Source: an uncultured Anaerolinea sp. (GTDB lineage Bacteria; Chloroflexota; Anaerolineae; Anaerolineales; Villigracilaceae). From it: a stretch of DNA of 46,774 nucleotides. The DNA is taken from positions 1 to 46,774 of the forward strand of contig CAYPHR010000001.1 of assembly GCA_964410375.1 (NCBI GenBank), given 5' to 3'. The notes beneath the pieces are model-generated. The model had not been told where the DNA came from, did not search any database, and worked only from the letters and a program-made list of their open reading frames with translations. The first letter of the stretch is position 1. Every line of letters starts with the position of its first letter. The translations under genes and the position numbers were made by a program. Positions 1 through 8,670 of this stretch are shown piece after piece.

Positions 1-3
1 ACC

Positions 4-1815
4 ATGCCTACTCCCCTTCCCCGCTCCAAAGTAAAAAAGAATCAAACCTGGAATTCCGAAAGCGTCTTCGCTTCGCCCGAAGCGTTCGACGCCGCAGTGA
101 CGAGCCTGCTCAAAAGCCTTGAGCAGGTGAAGAAGTATCAGGGACATCTTGGCGACAGCCCGGATGTGTTCATCGAAGCCATGCAATACATGGATGCGCT
201 TGCCCAGCGCGCCATGAAGGTGCAGGTCTACGCCACCATGTCCAGCGCAGTGGATACGGCTGACCAGACAGGCGCGGCAATGGGCGGCAAAGCCATGTCC
301 GCGCTGGCTCAGGTGGGAGCCGCCACTTCCTTTGTGGACCCTGAACTATTGTCCATTGGCGAGGCGAAGTTGCGTCAATGGCTGGCGGAAAACGAGTTCA
401 TGGGCATGTACGAGCACTACATCAACGACCTGTTCCGCAGGCAGGCGCACGTCCGCGATGCGGAGGTGGAGGAACTGCTCGGCATGCTGCGCGATCCGTT
501 CGGGACGGTCCGCAACACCGCGAACATGCTGGCGAACGCCGACTTCCAGTTCAAGCCCGCCAAAGACAGCAAAGGCAAAAAGGTCATGCTGACCCAAAGC
601 ACCTTTGATGCGATCCTAAACACCTCCGACCGCAAAGCACGCCAGACCGCATTTGAAAATTACACCGACAAATATCTCGAATTCAAAAACACGCTCGGAA
701 GCAACCTTGCCGCCTCCATCAAACAGAACGTCTTCAACATGAAGGCGCGCAAATTCAATTCATCGCTGGAGGCGACACTCTTCAACGGGGACGTGCCTGT
801 GGAGATGTTCCATAACCTGCTGAATATCTTCAAAAAGAATCTCCCGCTCTGGCATAAGTACTGGCGCATCCGCCGCAAGGCGCTGGGCGTCAAGGTCCTG
901 CATCCCTATGACATTTGGGCACCGCTGACCAAGAAAGCCCCCAAGGTCTCCTTCGAAAAAGCCGTGGACTGGATCAGCGACGGGCTGGAGCCGATGGGAA
1001 GTGACTATGTCAATATCATGCGCAAAGGCTGTCTTGAAGAACGCTGGGTAGACTGGTCGCCCAACGCGGGCAAACGTCAGGGAGCCTTCTCCACACGCGT
1101 TCCCAGCGACACGCATCCATTCATTTTGATGAGCTACACGGATGACGTTGGCAGTATGAGCACGCTGGCGCATGAACTAGGTCACTCGATGCATGCCTAT
1201 TACTCCAGCCGCGAACAGCCGATGATCTACTACCTGTATCCTTCCATCATCGCCGAGACCGCCTCGAACTTCCATCAGGCAATGACCCGCGCCCATCTGC
1301 TTAAGGTCAACCCCGACAAGTATTTCCAGACCGCCCTGCTCGAAGAAGCGATGGACAACTTCCATCGTTACTTCTTCATCATGCCCACGCTGGCGCGCTT
1401 CGAACTGGAAACCCACCAGCGCGTCGAAAAGGGACAGCCGCTCACCGCCGATCTCATGGTCGAGTTGATGGCAGACCTGTTCAGCGAAGGCTATGGCGGC
1501 GAAATGAACGTGGATCGCCAACGTGTTGGCATCACCTGGGGCACCTTCACCACGCATCTCTACATCGACTATTACTCGTTCCAATACGCCATCGGCATCT
1601 CCGCCGCGAACGCCATCGCCAAACGCATCCTCGACGGCGTCCCCAATGCCGCGCAGGATCACATCGAATTCCTGAAGGCAGGCTCGTCCAAATCACCGAT
1701 GGATGTATACAAGGTTGCCGGGATCGACATGACCAGCACCCAACCCATCGAAGACGCCTTTGCGGTTCTCGAGGAATATGTGGACCGCCTCGGCGTGCTG
1801 ACGGCGAAGAAATAG
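4..1815 (+). CDS. pepF: Oligoendopeptidase F (M3B peptidase)
   Basis: 603 aa; HELGH zinc motif, GKRQGAFS and AETASNF motifs typical of M3B. Confidence 0.92.
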   Translation: MPTPLPRSKVKKNQTWNSESVFASPEAFDAAVTSLLKSLEQVKKYQGHLGDSPDVFIEAMQYMDALAQRAMKVQVYATMSSAVDTADQTGAAMGGKAMSALAQVGAATSFVDPELLSIGEAKLRQWLAENEFMGMYEHYINDLFRRQAHVRDAEVEELLGMLRDPFGTVRNTANMLANADFQFKPAKDSKGKKVMLTQSTFDAILNTSDRKARQTAFENYTDKYLEFKNTLGSNLAASIKQNVFNMKARKFNSSLEATLFNGDVPVEMFHNLLNIFKKNLPLWHKYWRIRRKALGVKVLHPYDIWAPLTKKAPKVSFEKAVDWISDGLEPMGSDYVNIMRKGCLEERWVDWSPNAGKRQGAFSTRVPSDTHPFILMSYTDDVGSMSTLAHELGHSMHAYYSSREQPMIYYLYPSIIAETASNFHQAMTRAHLLKVNPDKYFQTALLEEAMDNFHRYFFIMPTLARFELETHQRVEKGQPLTADLMVELMADLFSEGYGGEMNVDRQRVGITWGTFTTHLYIDYYSFQYAIGISAANAIAKRILDGVPNAAQDHIEFLKAGSSKSPMDVYKVAGIDMTSTQPIEDAFAVLEEYVDRLGVLTAKK

Positions 1816-1825
1816 GTTCATCACA

Positions 1826-1857
1826 GCCTCCGGGTTTTCCCGCCCGGAGGTTCTTTT
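1826..1857 (+). terminator. Probable intrinsic terminator after pepF
   Basis: cctccggg / cccggagg stem followed by ttctttt. Confidence 0.6.
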
Positions 1858-1860
1858 CCC

Positions 1861-1888
1861 TTGACAAATAGACGAATATCTATATAAT
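1861..1888 (+). promoter_or_regulatory. Sigma70-type promoter of arsR with overlapping operator
   Basis: TTGACA (1861-1866), 16 bp spacer, TATAAT (1883-1888); inverted repeat ATAGA-N6-TCTAT at 1868-1883 covers the spacer; imperfect second copy at 1894-1909. Confidence 0.8.
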
Positions 1889-1909
1889 ATCAAATAGAAA
1901 GTCATCAAT

Positions 1910-2224
1910 ATGAAATTTGACCCCGTACTGTTCGCCAAAGCCATCTCGGATGAGACCCGCCAGAAAATCATGAACATCTGCTGTTGCGCCTCCCTGTCCG
2001 TGAATGAGATCGTGGAAAAGTTGGATGTCTCACAGCCCACCGTCTCGCACCACCTCGCCATTCTGCGCGAGGCGGGCTTGGTAACAACGCGCGAGGAAGG
2101 CAAACAGACCTTTTACTCGCTCAACCAGGAGCGCGTCGCATACTGCTGCGGTCAACTGATGGTCAAGTTCGCGCCCGAAACCAACACCACCGAGAATTTT
2201 CTCAAGGTCATCAACAACGCCTGA
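1910..2224 (+). CDS. arsR: ArsR/SmtB family metalloregulator
   Basis: 104 aa; wHTH signature SQPTVSHHLAILREAGLV..REGK; CCC and CC clusters; upstream of arsM. Confidence 0.88.
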   Translation: MKFDPVLFAKAISDETRQKIMNICCCASLSVNEIVEKLDVSQPTVSHHLAILREAGLVTTREEGKQTFYSLNQERVAYCCGQLMVKFAPETNTTENFLKVINNA

Positions 2225-2255
2225 CGGGATATGCATCGCGCATCATCCCGTTTTT
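2224..2255 (+). terminator. Hairpin plus U-tract after arsR
   Basis: acgggat-atgc...gcat-c-atcccgt followed by tttt. Confidence 0.55.
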
Positions 2256-2267
2256 GCGGTCAAGTTT

Positions 2268-2286
2268 CATAGACAAACTTCTATAT
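2268..2286 (+). promoter_or_regulatory. ArsR-type operator copy 2, abutting the RBS of the small peptide
   Basis: catagacaaacttctatat; contains ATAGA-N6-TCTAT; identical to 2444-2462. Confidence 0.7.
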
Positions 2287-2300
2287 GAAAGGAGAAACAC

Positions 2301-2375
2301 ATGAACGAGTTACCTGTCGTCACCAGTGATTGTTGTGAAGATGGTTGCAGCGAATGTGGCTGCGGTTGCTGCTAA
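2301..2375 (+). CDS. Small Cys-rich peptide MNELPVVTSDCCEDGCSECGCGCC (24 aa, 7 Cys), putative metal(loid)-binding
   Basis: Translated by hand; strong SD aaaggag 6 nt before ATG; same operator-SD-ATG layout as arsM; below the ORF-track length cutoff. Confidence 0.75.
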   Translation: MNELPVVTSDCCEDGCSECGCGCC

Positions 2376-2443
2376 CCAAAAACTAAATCTCTGCCTGTCG
2401 CAAGATGGACAGAGAGAACTTATCAAATTTTTTTACCCAAACC

Positions 2444-2462
2444 CATAGACAAACTTCTATAT
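2444..2462 (+). promoter_or_regulatory. ArsR-type operator copy 3, abutting the arsM RBS
   Basis: 19-bp exact repeat of 2268-2286, followed by aaggag and ATG at 2477. Confidence 0.7.
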
Positions 2463-2476
2463 AAGGAGAATGACAC

Positions 2477-3274
2477 ATGACCCAATCCCCCACCCCCATC
2501 CACGAGACTGTCCGGGAGCACTACGCCGAGCGGATCAAGAGCAGCGCCTCCTGCTGCGGACCCGAAGCCTGCTGCGACACCTCCAACAATCTCTACCCCG
2601 CAGATCTGCTCACCACCGTCCCTACAGACGTATCCAGCACCAGTTACGGCTGCGGCGATCCGATCACGCTCGCCTCCCTGCAGCCCGGGCAGACCGTGCT
2701 TGACCTCGGTTCCGGTGCAGGGCTCGACTGTCTATTGGCGGCACAGAAAGTCGGTCCGGAAGGACGCGTAATCGGCGTGGACATGACCCCAGAAATGATC
2801 GAACGCGCCCAAAAGAACGCGGAGCGCGTCAACGCCGCGAACGTCGAATTCCGTCAGGGCTATCTCGAAGACCTGCCCGTGGAATCGAACACCGTAGATG
2901 TCATCATCTCGAATTGCGTCATCAATCTTTCGCCCGACAAGGAAAAGGTCTTCAGTGAAGCCTTCCGCGTGCTGGCGCCGGGCGGCAGACTGGCTGTCTC
3001 CGATATTGTGACCGACGGCGAATTGCCCGAGGAAATTCGTCAGAGTCTCGCAGCATGGGCGGGTTGCGTGGCTGGCGCGGTGCAGGCAAAGGATTACATC
3101 GCCATGATGGAATCGGTCGGCTTCACGGATATTTCCATCAAGCCCGTCTTCTTCGACAAGGAAACCGTGGACAGCGCTCTGGATGACATGAAACTGGATG
3201 TGAAAGAGTACCCACGGGAGGCGGTGTACAAAACCGTGTACAGTGCAAAGATCACTGCCTATAAGCCCGCATAG
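2477..3274 (+). CDS. arsM: Arsenite S-adenosylmethionine methyltransferase
   Basis: N-terminal SCC/ACC, YGCGDP, VLDLGSGAGLD SAM motif, IISNCVINL, WAGCVAGA. Confidence 0.93.
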   Translation: MTQSPTPIHETVREHYAERIKSSASCCGPEACCDTSNNLYPADLLTTVPTDVSSTSYGCGDPITLASLQPGQTVLDLGSGAGLDCLLAAQKVGPEGRVIGVDMTPEMIERAQKNAERVNAANVEFRQGYLEDLPVESNTVDVIISNCVINLSPDKEKVFSEAFRVLAPGGRLAVSDIVTDGELPEEIRQSLAAWAGCVAGAVQAKDYIAMMESVGFTDISIKPVFFDKETVDSALDDMKLDVKEYPREAVYKTVYSAKITAYKPA

Positions 3275-3281
3275 CCTGATA

Positions 3282-3319
3282 ACAAAAAGGCAGGACGTGT
3301 ACACGTCCTGCCTTTTTGT
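3282..3319. terminator. Bidirectional terminator (perfect 38-bp palindrome)
   Basis: acaaaaaggcaggacgtgt|acacgtcctgcctttttgt between convergent arsM and patatin genes. Confidence 0.85.
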
Positions 3320-3326
3320 ATCCTGA

Positions 3327-3401
3327 TGTTGTTATCAAGCCCAACGAAGCAATCTATAGTCAATCGGGAGATTGCTTCGCCCTAACGGGCTCGCAATGAC
3401 A
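3327..3401. repeat. REP/RPE-like palindromic element (gaagcaatct...agattgcttcg...ctcgcaatgac type), left end decayed
   Basis: Inverted arms cgaagcaatct (3345-3355) and agattgcttcg (3369-3379), ending ctcgcaatgaca; related half-copy inside wecB. Confidence 0.6.
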
Positions 3402-3416
3402 GGAAGCAGGTTTGAC

Positions 3417-4256
3417 TCACAAACTCGCCAGCAATTTCTTGATGTGCGGCAACTGCTTGCGGGCAGCTTGCTCGCCGCGTTCGACCACGTAGGGGAGCTT
3501 ATCCACATCGAACATGGAAACCGAGCCGTCGAACTCCGGGATGACCGGGAAGATCTCGGCGTGATGCGCCAGATTGTAAAACGAGTAGGTCGAAGTCAGG
3601 ATGTTGTTCATGTAAATGCTATTCAAATGTTCCTGCACGGCGGTCATTGAACGGAAGCGGGCGCGGAAATCGAGCGTGAAACCCATTGCAATGATAATGT
3701 CCGCGCCATCCTGGATCGCCACGTCGATGGGTAGAGGGTCCGAGGCAGCGCCATCAATCAACAAGCGTCCATTCACCTCCCAGGGTGGAAAGATGATGGG
3801 GATCGCCACACTGGCACGGATCGCATCGAAAACGCTCCCTTCGGAGAGCGTCACTTTTTCGCCCGTGAGAAAGTCGGTGGCGACCACCTTGAGAGGCAGT
3901 TTCAGATCCGAGAACTTCCATTCCCCATATACTTTTTGAAGGTTATTGTTCAGGAACGAATCATCCACCAAGCCGCTGCGCTCGGTAAAACGCAGACTGC
4001 CGTCCTTGCTGGCTTTCAGGCTTTCCGTGTATCCCTGCATCACATCCTTCGTCCACAACAGGCTGGACCATTCCAGCATTTGCTCCCCGCTCAGGTCGTT
4101 TGCGATCAACGCGCCATACATACTGCCGCCGCTGCACCCCACCACGCTGTCCACTTGAATATCTGCTTCCTGAAGCACCTGCCAAAGCCCGATCGCCGCC
4201 GCGCATTTGACGCCGCCGGAGCCGATCACAAGCGAGATCCGTTTCTTTGTTTTCAT
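3417..4256 (-). CDS. Patatin-like phospholipase (paralog 2)
   Basis: GSGGVK glycine-rich loop, GCSGG nucleophile elbow, DGA catalytic Asp; ATG at 4256 preferred over TTG at 4259. Confidence 0.88.
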   Translation of the reverse strand: MKTKKRISLVIGSGGVKCAAAIGLWQVLQEADIQVDSVVGCSGGSMYGALIANDLSGEQMLEWSSLLWTKDVMQGYTESLKASKDGSLRFTERSGLVDDSFLNNNLQKVYGEWKFSDLKLPLKVVATDFLTGEKVTLSEGSVFDAIRASVAIPIIFPPWEVNGRLLIDGAASDPLPIDVAIQDGADIIIAMGFTLDFRARFRSMTAVQEHLNSIYMNNILTSTYSFYNLAHHAEIFPVIPEFDGSVSMFDVDKLPYVVERGEQAARKQLPHIKKLLASL

Positions 4257-4266
4257 CAATGCCTCG

Positions 4267-5118
4267 TCATCTGCCCAGCAGTTTCTTGATGTACGATAAT
4301 TCCTTTTCCGCCGCGCGTTCGCCCTCTTCGATCACATAGGGAAGTTTGTCCGTATCGAATAATTTGACGCGGTGCTTGAACTCCGGCAGGATGGGCACGA
4401 TCTCGGAGTGATGCGCCAGGTTATGGAACGAATAATTGGTCTTGAGCAGGTTATTCGATGTCATACTGCTGATCTGGAAGTTGTAGCGCATCAATGACGT
4501 GACCTGTTCTTGATACGGGCTTTCAAAGCCCATCGCAATGATGATGTCCGCGCCTTCCTTGATCGCCACGCCGATGGGCAACGGGTCGCTTTGATAGCCG
4601 TCTATGAGAAAGCGTCCGTTCAACTTGTACGGCGGGAAGATGTACGGGATGGCAATGCTGGCGCGGACCGCTTCCGCGATCGCCCCATCCGAGATGACAA
4701 CCTGCTCGCCGTTGTAAAAATCCGTCGCCGTCACATAGAGCGGAATCTGCGCGTCGGCGAAGGTCGCATCTTGATACCCTTCGCGCAGGCGGCGGTTGAT
4801 CAGGCGGTCGTCGATCAGCCCGAACGTCTCATCGAAATGGAAAAGTTTCGGCGCCACGATCTGCAGGATCGCGCGCATACTGCGTTTTCCGGTCACTTCA
4901 CGTGTCCACATGCGGAGGGTTGCCTCGGTTGCCCGGTCCACAGACCAGCCCAGAGCAATGAGCGAAGCGTAGATCGAGCCGCCCGAGCAGCCGATTACCA
5001 TATCCACGGTAATTTGTTCGCGGTCAAATACCCGCATCAGCCCCAATGCCGCCGCACATTTGACACTGCCCGATCCGATCACAAGAGCAACACGCGGTGT
5101 TTCCCTTTTCTCTGTCAT
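4267..5118 (-). CDS. Patatin-like phospholipase (paralog 1)
   Basis: GSGSVK, GCSGG, DGY; co-linear with the neighbouring patatin. Confidence 0.88.
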   Translation of the reverse strand: MTEKRETPRVALVIGSGSVKCAAALGLMRVFDREQITVDMVIGCSGGSIYASLIALGWSVDRATEATLRMWTREVTGKRSMRAILQIVAPKLFHFDETFGLIDDRLINRRLREGYQDATFADAQIPLYVTATDFYNGEQVVISDGAIAEAVRASIAIPYIFPPYKLNGRFLIDGYQSDPLPIGVAIKEGADIIIAMGFESPYQEQVTSLMRYNFQISSMTSNNLLKTNYSFHNLAHHSEIVPILPEFKHRVKLFDTDKLPYVIEEGERAAEKELSYIKKLLGR

Positions 5119-5131
5119 CGAGAGCCTCTGT

Positions 5132-5467
5132 TTACGAATAGCTGGCTACCGCGGCATCCACATTGTCGAACATTTTCAAGATGTTGGTAAAGCCGCTCAA
5201 ACTCAACACCTTCAACACATCGGGTTGAACGCCGACAAGGCGCAGATCACCGCCCTGCGAGCGCGTATCCTTAATGGCGCCCAGCAGCACTCGCAGACCT
5301 GCGCTGCTGGTGTAATCCACGCCTTCAAGGTCCGCCACAAGTTTGATGTTTCCCTTTGCGACCTGTCCTTGAATGAACTCGGTGATCTTCGGAGCGGTCA
5401 TCGCATCGATGCTGCCCTTCAGTGAAAGAACCGTAACGCCACCGACCTGCCTGTCATGAATTTCCAT
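5132..5467 (-). CDS. STAS-domain anti-sigma factor antagonist (RsbV/SpoIIAA family)
   Basis: 111 aa; LKGSID and DLEGVDYTSSAGLRVL with the phosphorylatable Ser. Confidence 0.92.
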   Translation of the reverse strand: MEIHDRQVGGVTVLSLKGSIDAMTAPKITEFIQGQVAKGNIKLVADLEGVDYTSSAGLRVLLGAIKDTRSQGGDLRLVGVQPDVLKVLSLSGFTNILKMFDNVDAAVASYS

Positions 5468-5481
5468 TGGTAATTCTCCTC

Positions 5482-8400
5482 TTAAGGTTTGATCTGGATC
5501 TTTTTCTCAAGGATGAATTGATTCACGTTCTCATCGAACTTATTATACGTGACATCATCCATCAATTCTTTGACGAAGTAGATGCCCAAGCCGCCGATCT
5601 GCCTGTCATCCCAAGCCGCCTCAAGGTCTGGACGTTGAGCCTGATCCGGCGAAAAGAACTTTCCGTTGTCCCGAATGACGAGCCGCGCCCTGTCATCCGC
5701 GACATCGAAGGAAAGGGAGATCAAGCCCATTTCAGAGTTCTCAAAACCATACCCGATGATGTTGGCGCAAAGCTCATCCACCGCGATCTTGAACGAAAAG
5801 ACATCGTCATGCGCTAATCCATAATAAATCGCGGCGGTCTCGACAAACTCGCGCAGTTCGCCAAGAATTTCCATTTTCGCAGGACGGCAAATCGCATGAT
5901 CGCCCTTGTCCGCTGCCGCCTTGCGCCGGAAGGCGATCAAAGTAATATCGTCGAATTGTGCCTGATCACCGATATGTCGTTTTATTTCCGTATTCAATTC
6001 AAAGATCATGCTGAAGGTGGACGTCCAGGGAGCTGAGATGGTCTTGAGGAGACGCTCTTCGGAAAACTGCTCGCCAACCGCATTCTTGGCATCCGTGGTC
6101 CCGTCGGTAAACCCGACCAGCAGATCCCCTTCGTTAAGGTGAACCTTTTCCACCTGAAATTCCATATCTTGAAAAAGACCAACTGCCGGACCGGTCGGCA
6201 TCAGGCGTTGAACCTGTGCCCCGTTCTTATCCAAAATGACGGGGGGCTCATGCCCACCGTTCACGTAGTACAAATCACCGTTATCCGGGTCGAGAATTCC
6301 AAAGAACAAGGTGGCAAACATATTGGATTTGCCGTGAAATTCCGCGATGAAATTATTCGTATTAAGAATGATCTCCAAAAGCCGCTCACGGACATTATCT
6401 TTGTCAACATCCGTTCCGCTGTATGCCCTCAGCAAACTGCGAAACAGTACCATGAACAGTGCCGCGCCGACACCCTTATCGCACACGTCGGCGATGACAA
6501 AGGCGGTAAAGTTCGTATCCTTGAAACGAAAGACGTCATAGAAATCTCCAGCCACCTGTCGGGCTGCGTGAAAATGTGCGGCAAGCTCCCAGCCCGGCAT
6601 TTCCGGCAACTTCTCGGGGAAAAAGCCGGATTGGATCTGCCGCCCGATTTCCAGATCGCGTTCCGCAATATCCAGCGCCTGTTCCGTCTCCGCATGCAAT
6701 CTGGCGTTATCGATCACAACCGCAACCTGGCTGGCGATGGTCTCCGCAAGCGAGATCTCACCGGCAGTGAAAACATGGTCAGGATCTCTAGCCGGCATAC
6801 CGATCGTACCGATCGCCTCGCCGCGTGTCAACAAGGGGACGATCATAATCGCCTTCGTGCCGCGCGCCCTGGACACATCCGCAACGGACATTGTGCGCGG
6901 GTCGCTCTGGGCATCCTGAATCACAACGGTCTTTTTCTTTTGAATGACCTCCTGTGATGAAGTATTCCCTTCAAATGGCAAGGTCAACCCCAATGCACTG
7001 GGCTCCTGCGGATCAATGGCGTGGAAGGCAACGATCTCCAAATGCTCCTCTTGAGCCCTCAACAAGCCAATGCCTGCATTGCGGATCGGGAATATTCTGG
7101 TAAGTTCTATACATAATGCCTGCAAAATATCCCTCAAGTTCAGGGATTGATTGACGATCATTGCAATGCGGTTGATCGCCGCCAGTTCCTCCGCCCGCAT
7201 TTCGATGACCTGCTTTGCCTTAAGAAGTTCATCCTCAGCCGCCACCCTGTCGGTGATGTCACGCATCACCCCCCTTGTACCGATCACCTTCCCGTTCTCG
7301 ATAATGGGCGTAACCGTACCTTCGGCATTGTAAATCCTGCCGTCTTTTGTGCGGTAGTCGTAACGGAACGCCTCGGAGGGCTCCTTGGACCTCATCACGC
7401 TGTTGAATATCTGGGCGATCTCACGAATCGCCTTCCGGTCTGTAAAATGACGGAAATGTTTGCCAACAACATCTTCCTTGGATAAAAAGCCCAAATTCCG
7501 GGCAAAGGCAACATTACTGTACGTGACCACCCCGGCTGGATCCGCCTCGAAATATCCTTCTTGAAGGGTATCCAGAACGGATTCGAGCGTCTTCTTTGTC
7601 GTTTCAAGATTCGATTCCGCCTGCATCTTCTCGCTGACATCGCTGAATTGGATGATCCAGCCTGCATTGGTATTCCCAACATCCTCGATGCGGGATACAA
7701 GCACGTCGAAGATCCGATTTGTCTGCGGGATCGTAATCTGCAGTTCATGTCCGTTATTCGCAGATCGTTCCAATGACGTAAGAATCGCATTCACAACTTC
7801 GGGGTGGTTCCTGAATACTTTCACGAGAGCTTCGTTAAGATAAAACCCTGATGAAAGCCCCAGAATATCCCTTGCCGCCGGGTTCATATCAAGAATATTC
7901 TTTTCAAGATCCAGAATCAAAATACCGGTGGATAGTTTGCGCACAATGACATCATGCGCCAGCGGTATCACTTCCAGCATCTTCCCACTAAAGACCGCCC
8001 ATGCAAATGCCGCGCCGGTGACAGTGAATATGATCGGTGTGGGATCCGGAAAACCAAGAGGGATCGGACCAAATAGATAGTAGACATTCCCCAGCAAGGG
8101 AGCAAGCACGCCAATGATCAATCCGTATGCCTGTGCGCCATACTTCCTGAAATCTGTGATCAAGGACCAACCCAATAGGACAATCCCTGCGATCATCAAC
8201 AGATAGGAATAAGCAGTATGGGCATAGAATATGGGACCATAGTGATTTTCCAGGGTGACGTATCCGCCGACAGACACCGGCTCAAATGAAACAAAAAACA
8301 GTTTATGCCATCCGCTTGTAAGAAGCACCAGGTACAATAACACCGGCGGGATGTAAAAATACTTTTCGAACTTCCCGATACTTTTGTGCAGAATACCGGT

Positions 8401-8670
8401 CAGGTTGACGGAAAACAGGAACCATGCCGTCGGCACAGCCATGATGCCCGCGTAGGTCAATCTGTTCCAGAATAATTGCCAATCCATATCCGGCGTGATC
8501 AATTGGATCGCATTCGCAAACGCCCAAAACGAACCGCCAAGCATCATCCATGTAAAAGCGCCGGATTCGCGTTTCTTGATCGGACGGCTCTGAACATACA
8601 GAGCGACTCCAAACAGGACCATTCCGGGAATCACCTGCCAGATCAGATACGGGTTTGTTTGAAACTGCAT
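5482..8670 (-). CDS. Membrane sensor fusion: 7TM (HisKA_7TM-like)-PAS-PAS-GAF-SpoIIE/PP2C phosphatase-RsbW-like ATPase/kinase
   Basis: Seven hydrophobic N-terminal segments; PAS motifs (DMNPAA, YSNVAF..RTKDG..RDIT); GAF (VPLLTRGEAIG); PP2C motifs VAGDFYD, IADVCDKG, FTDG, DDIT; C-terminal VDELCANII..IRDNG..GGLG. Confidence 0.88.
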   Translation of the reverse strand: MQFQTNPYLIWQVIPGMVLFGVALYVQSRPIKKRESGAFTWMMLGGSFWAFANAIQLITPDMDWQLFWNRLTYAGIMAVPTAWFLFSVNLTGILHKSIGKFEKYFYIPPVLLYLVLLTSGWHKLFFVSFEPVSVGGYVTLENHYGPIFYAHTAYSYLLMIAGIVLLGWSLITDFRKYGAQAYGLIIGVLAPLLGNVYYLFGPIPLGFPDPTPIIFTVTGAAFAWAVFSGKMLEVIPLAHDVIVRKLSTGILILDLEKNILDMNPAARDILGLSSGFYLNEALVKVFRNHPEVVNAILTSLERSANNGHELQITIPQTNRIFDVLVSRIEDVGNTNAGWIIQFSDVSEKMQAESNLETTKKTLESVLDTLQEGYFEADPAGVVTYSNVAFARNLGFLSKEDVVGKHFRHFTDRKAIREIAQIFNSVMRSKEPSEAFRYDYRTKDGRIYNAEGTVTPIIENGKVIGTRGVMRDITDRVAAEDELLKAKQVIEMRAEELAAINRIAMIVNQSLNLRDILQALCIELTRIFPIRNAGIGLLRAQEEHLEIVAFHAIDPQEPSALGLTLPFEGNTSSQEVIQKKKTVVIQDAQSDPRTMSVADVSRARGTKAIMIVPLLTRGEAIGTIGMPARDPDHVFTAGEISLAETIASQVAVVIDNARLHAETEQALDIAERDLEIGRQIQSGFFPEKLPEMPGWELAAHFHAARQVAGDFYDVFRFKDTNFTAFVIADVCDKGVGAALFMVLFRSLLRAYSGTDVDKDNVRERLLEIILNTNNFIAEFHGKSNMFATLFFGILDPDNGDLYYVNGGHEPPVILDKNGAQVQRLMPTGPAVGLFQDMEFQVEKVHLNEGDLLVGFTDGTTDAKNAVGEQFSEERLLKTISAPWTSTFSMIFELNTEIKRHIGDQAQFDDITLIAFRRKAAADKGDHAICRPAKMEILGELREFVETAAIYYGLAHDDVFSFKIAVDELCANIIGYGFENSEMGLISLSFDVADDRARLVIRDNGKFFSPDQAQRPDLEAAWDDRQIGGLGIYFVKELMDDVTYNKFDENVNQFILEKKIQIKP

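Noticed and set aside
3417-5118. Patatins as CBASS/CapV-type anti-phage effectors
   Set aside because: No CD-NTase or other defence genes adjacent; the context is a partner-switching operon
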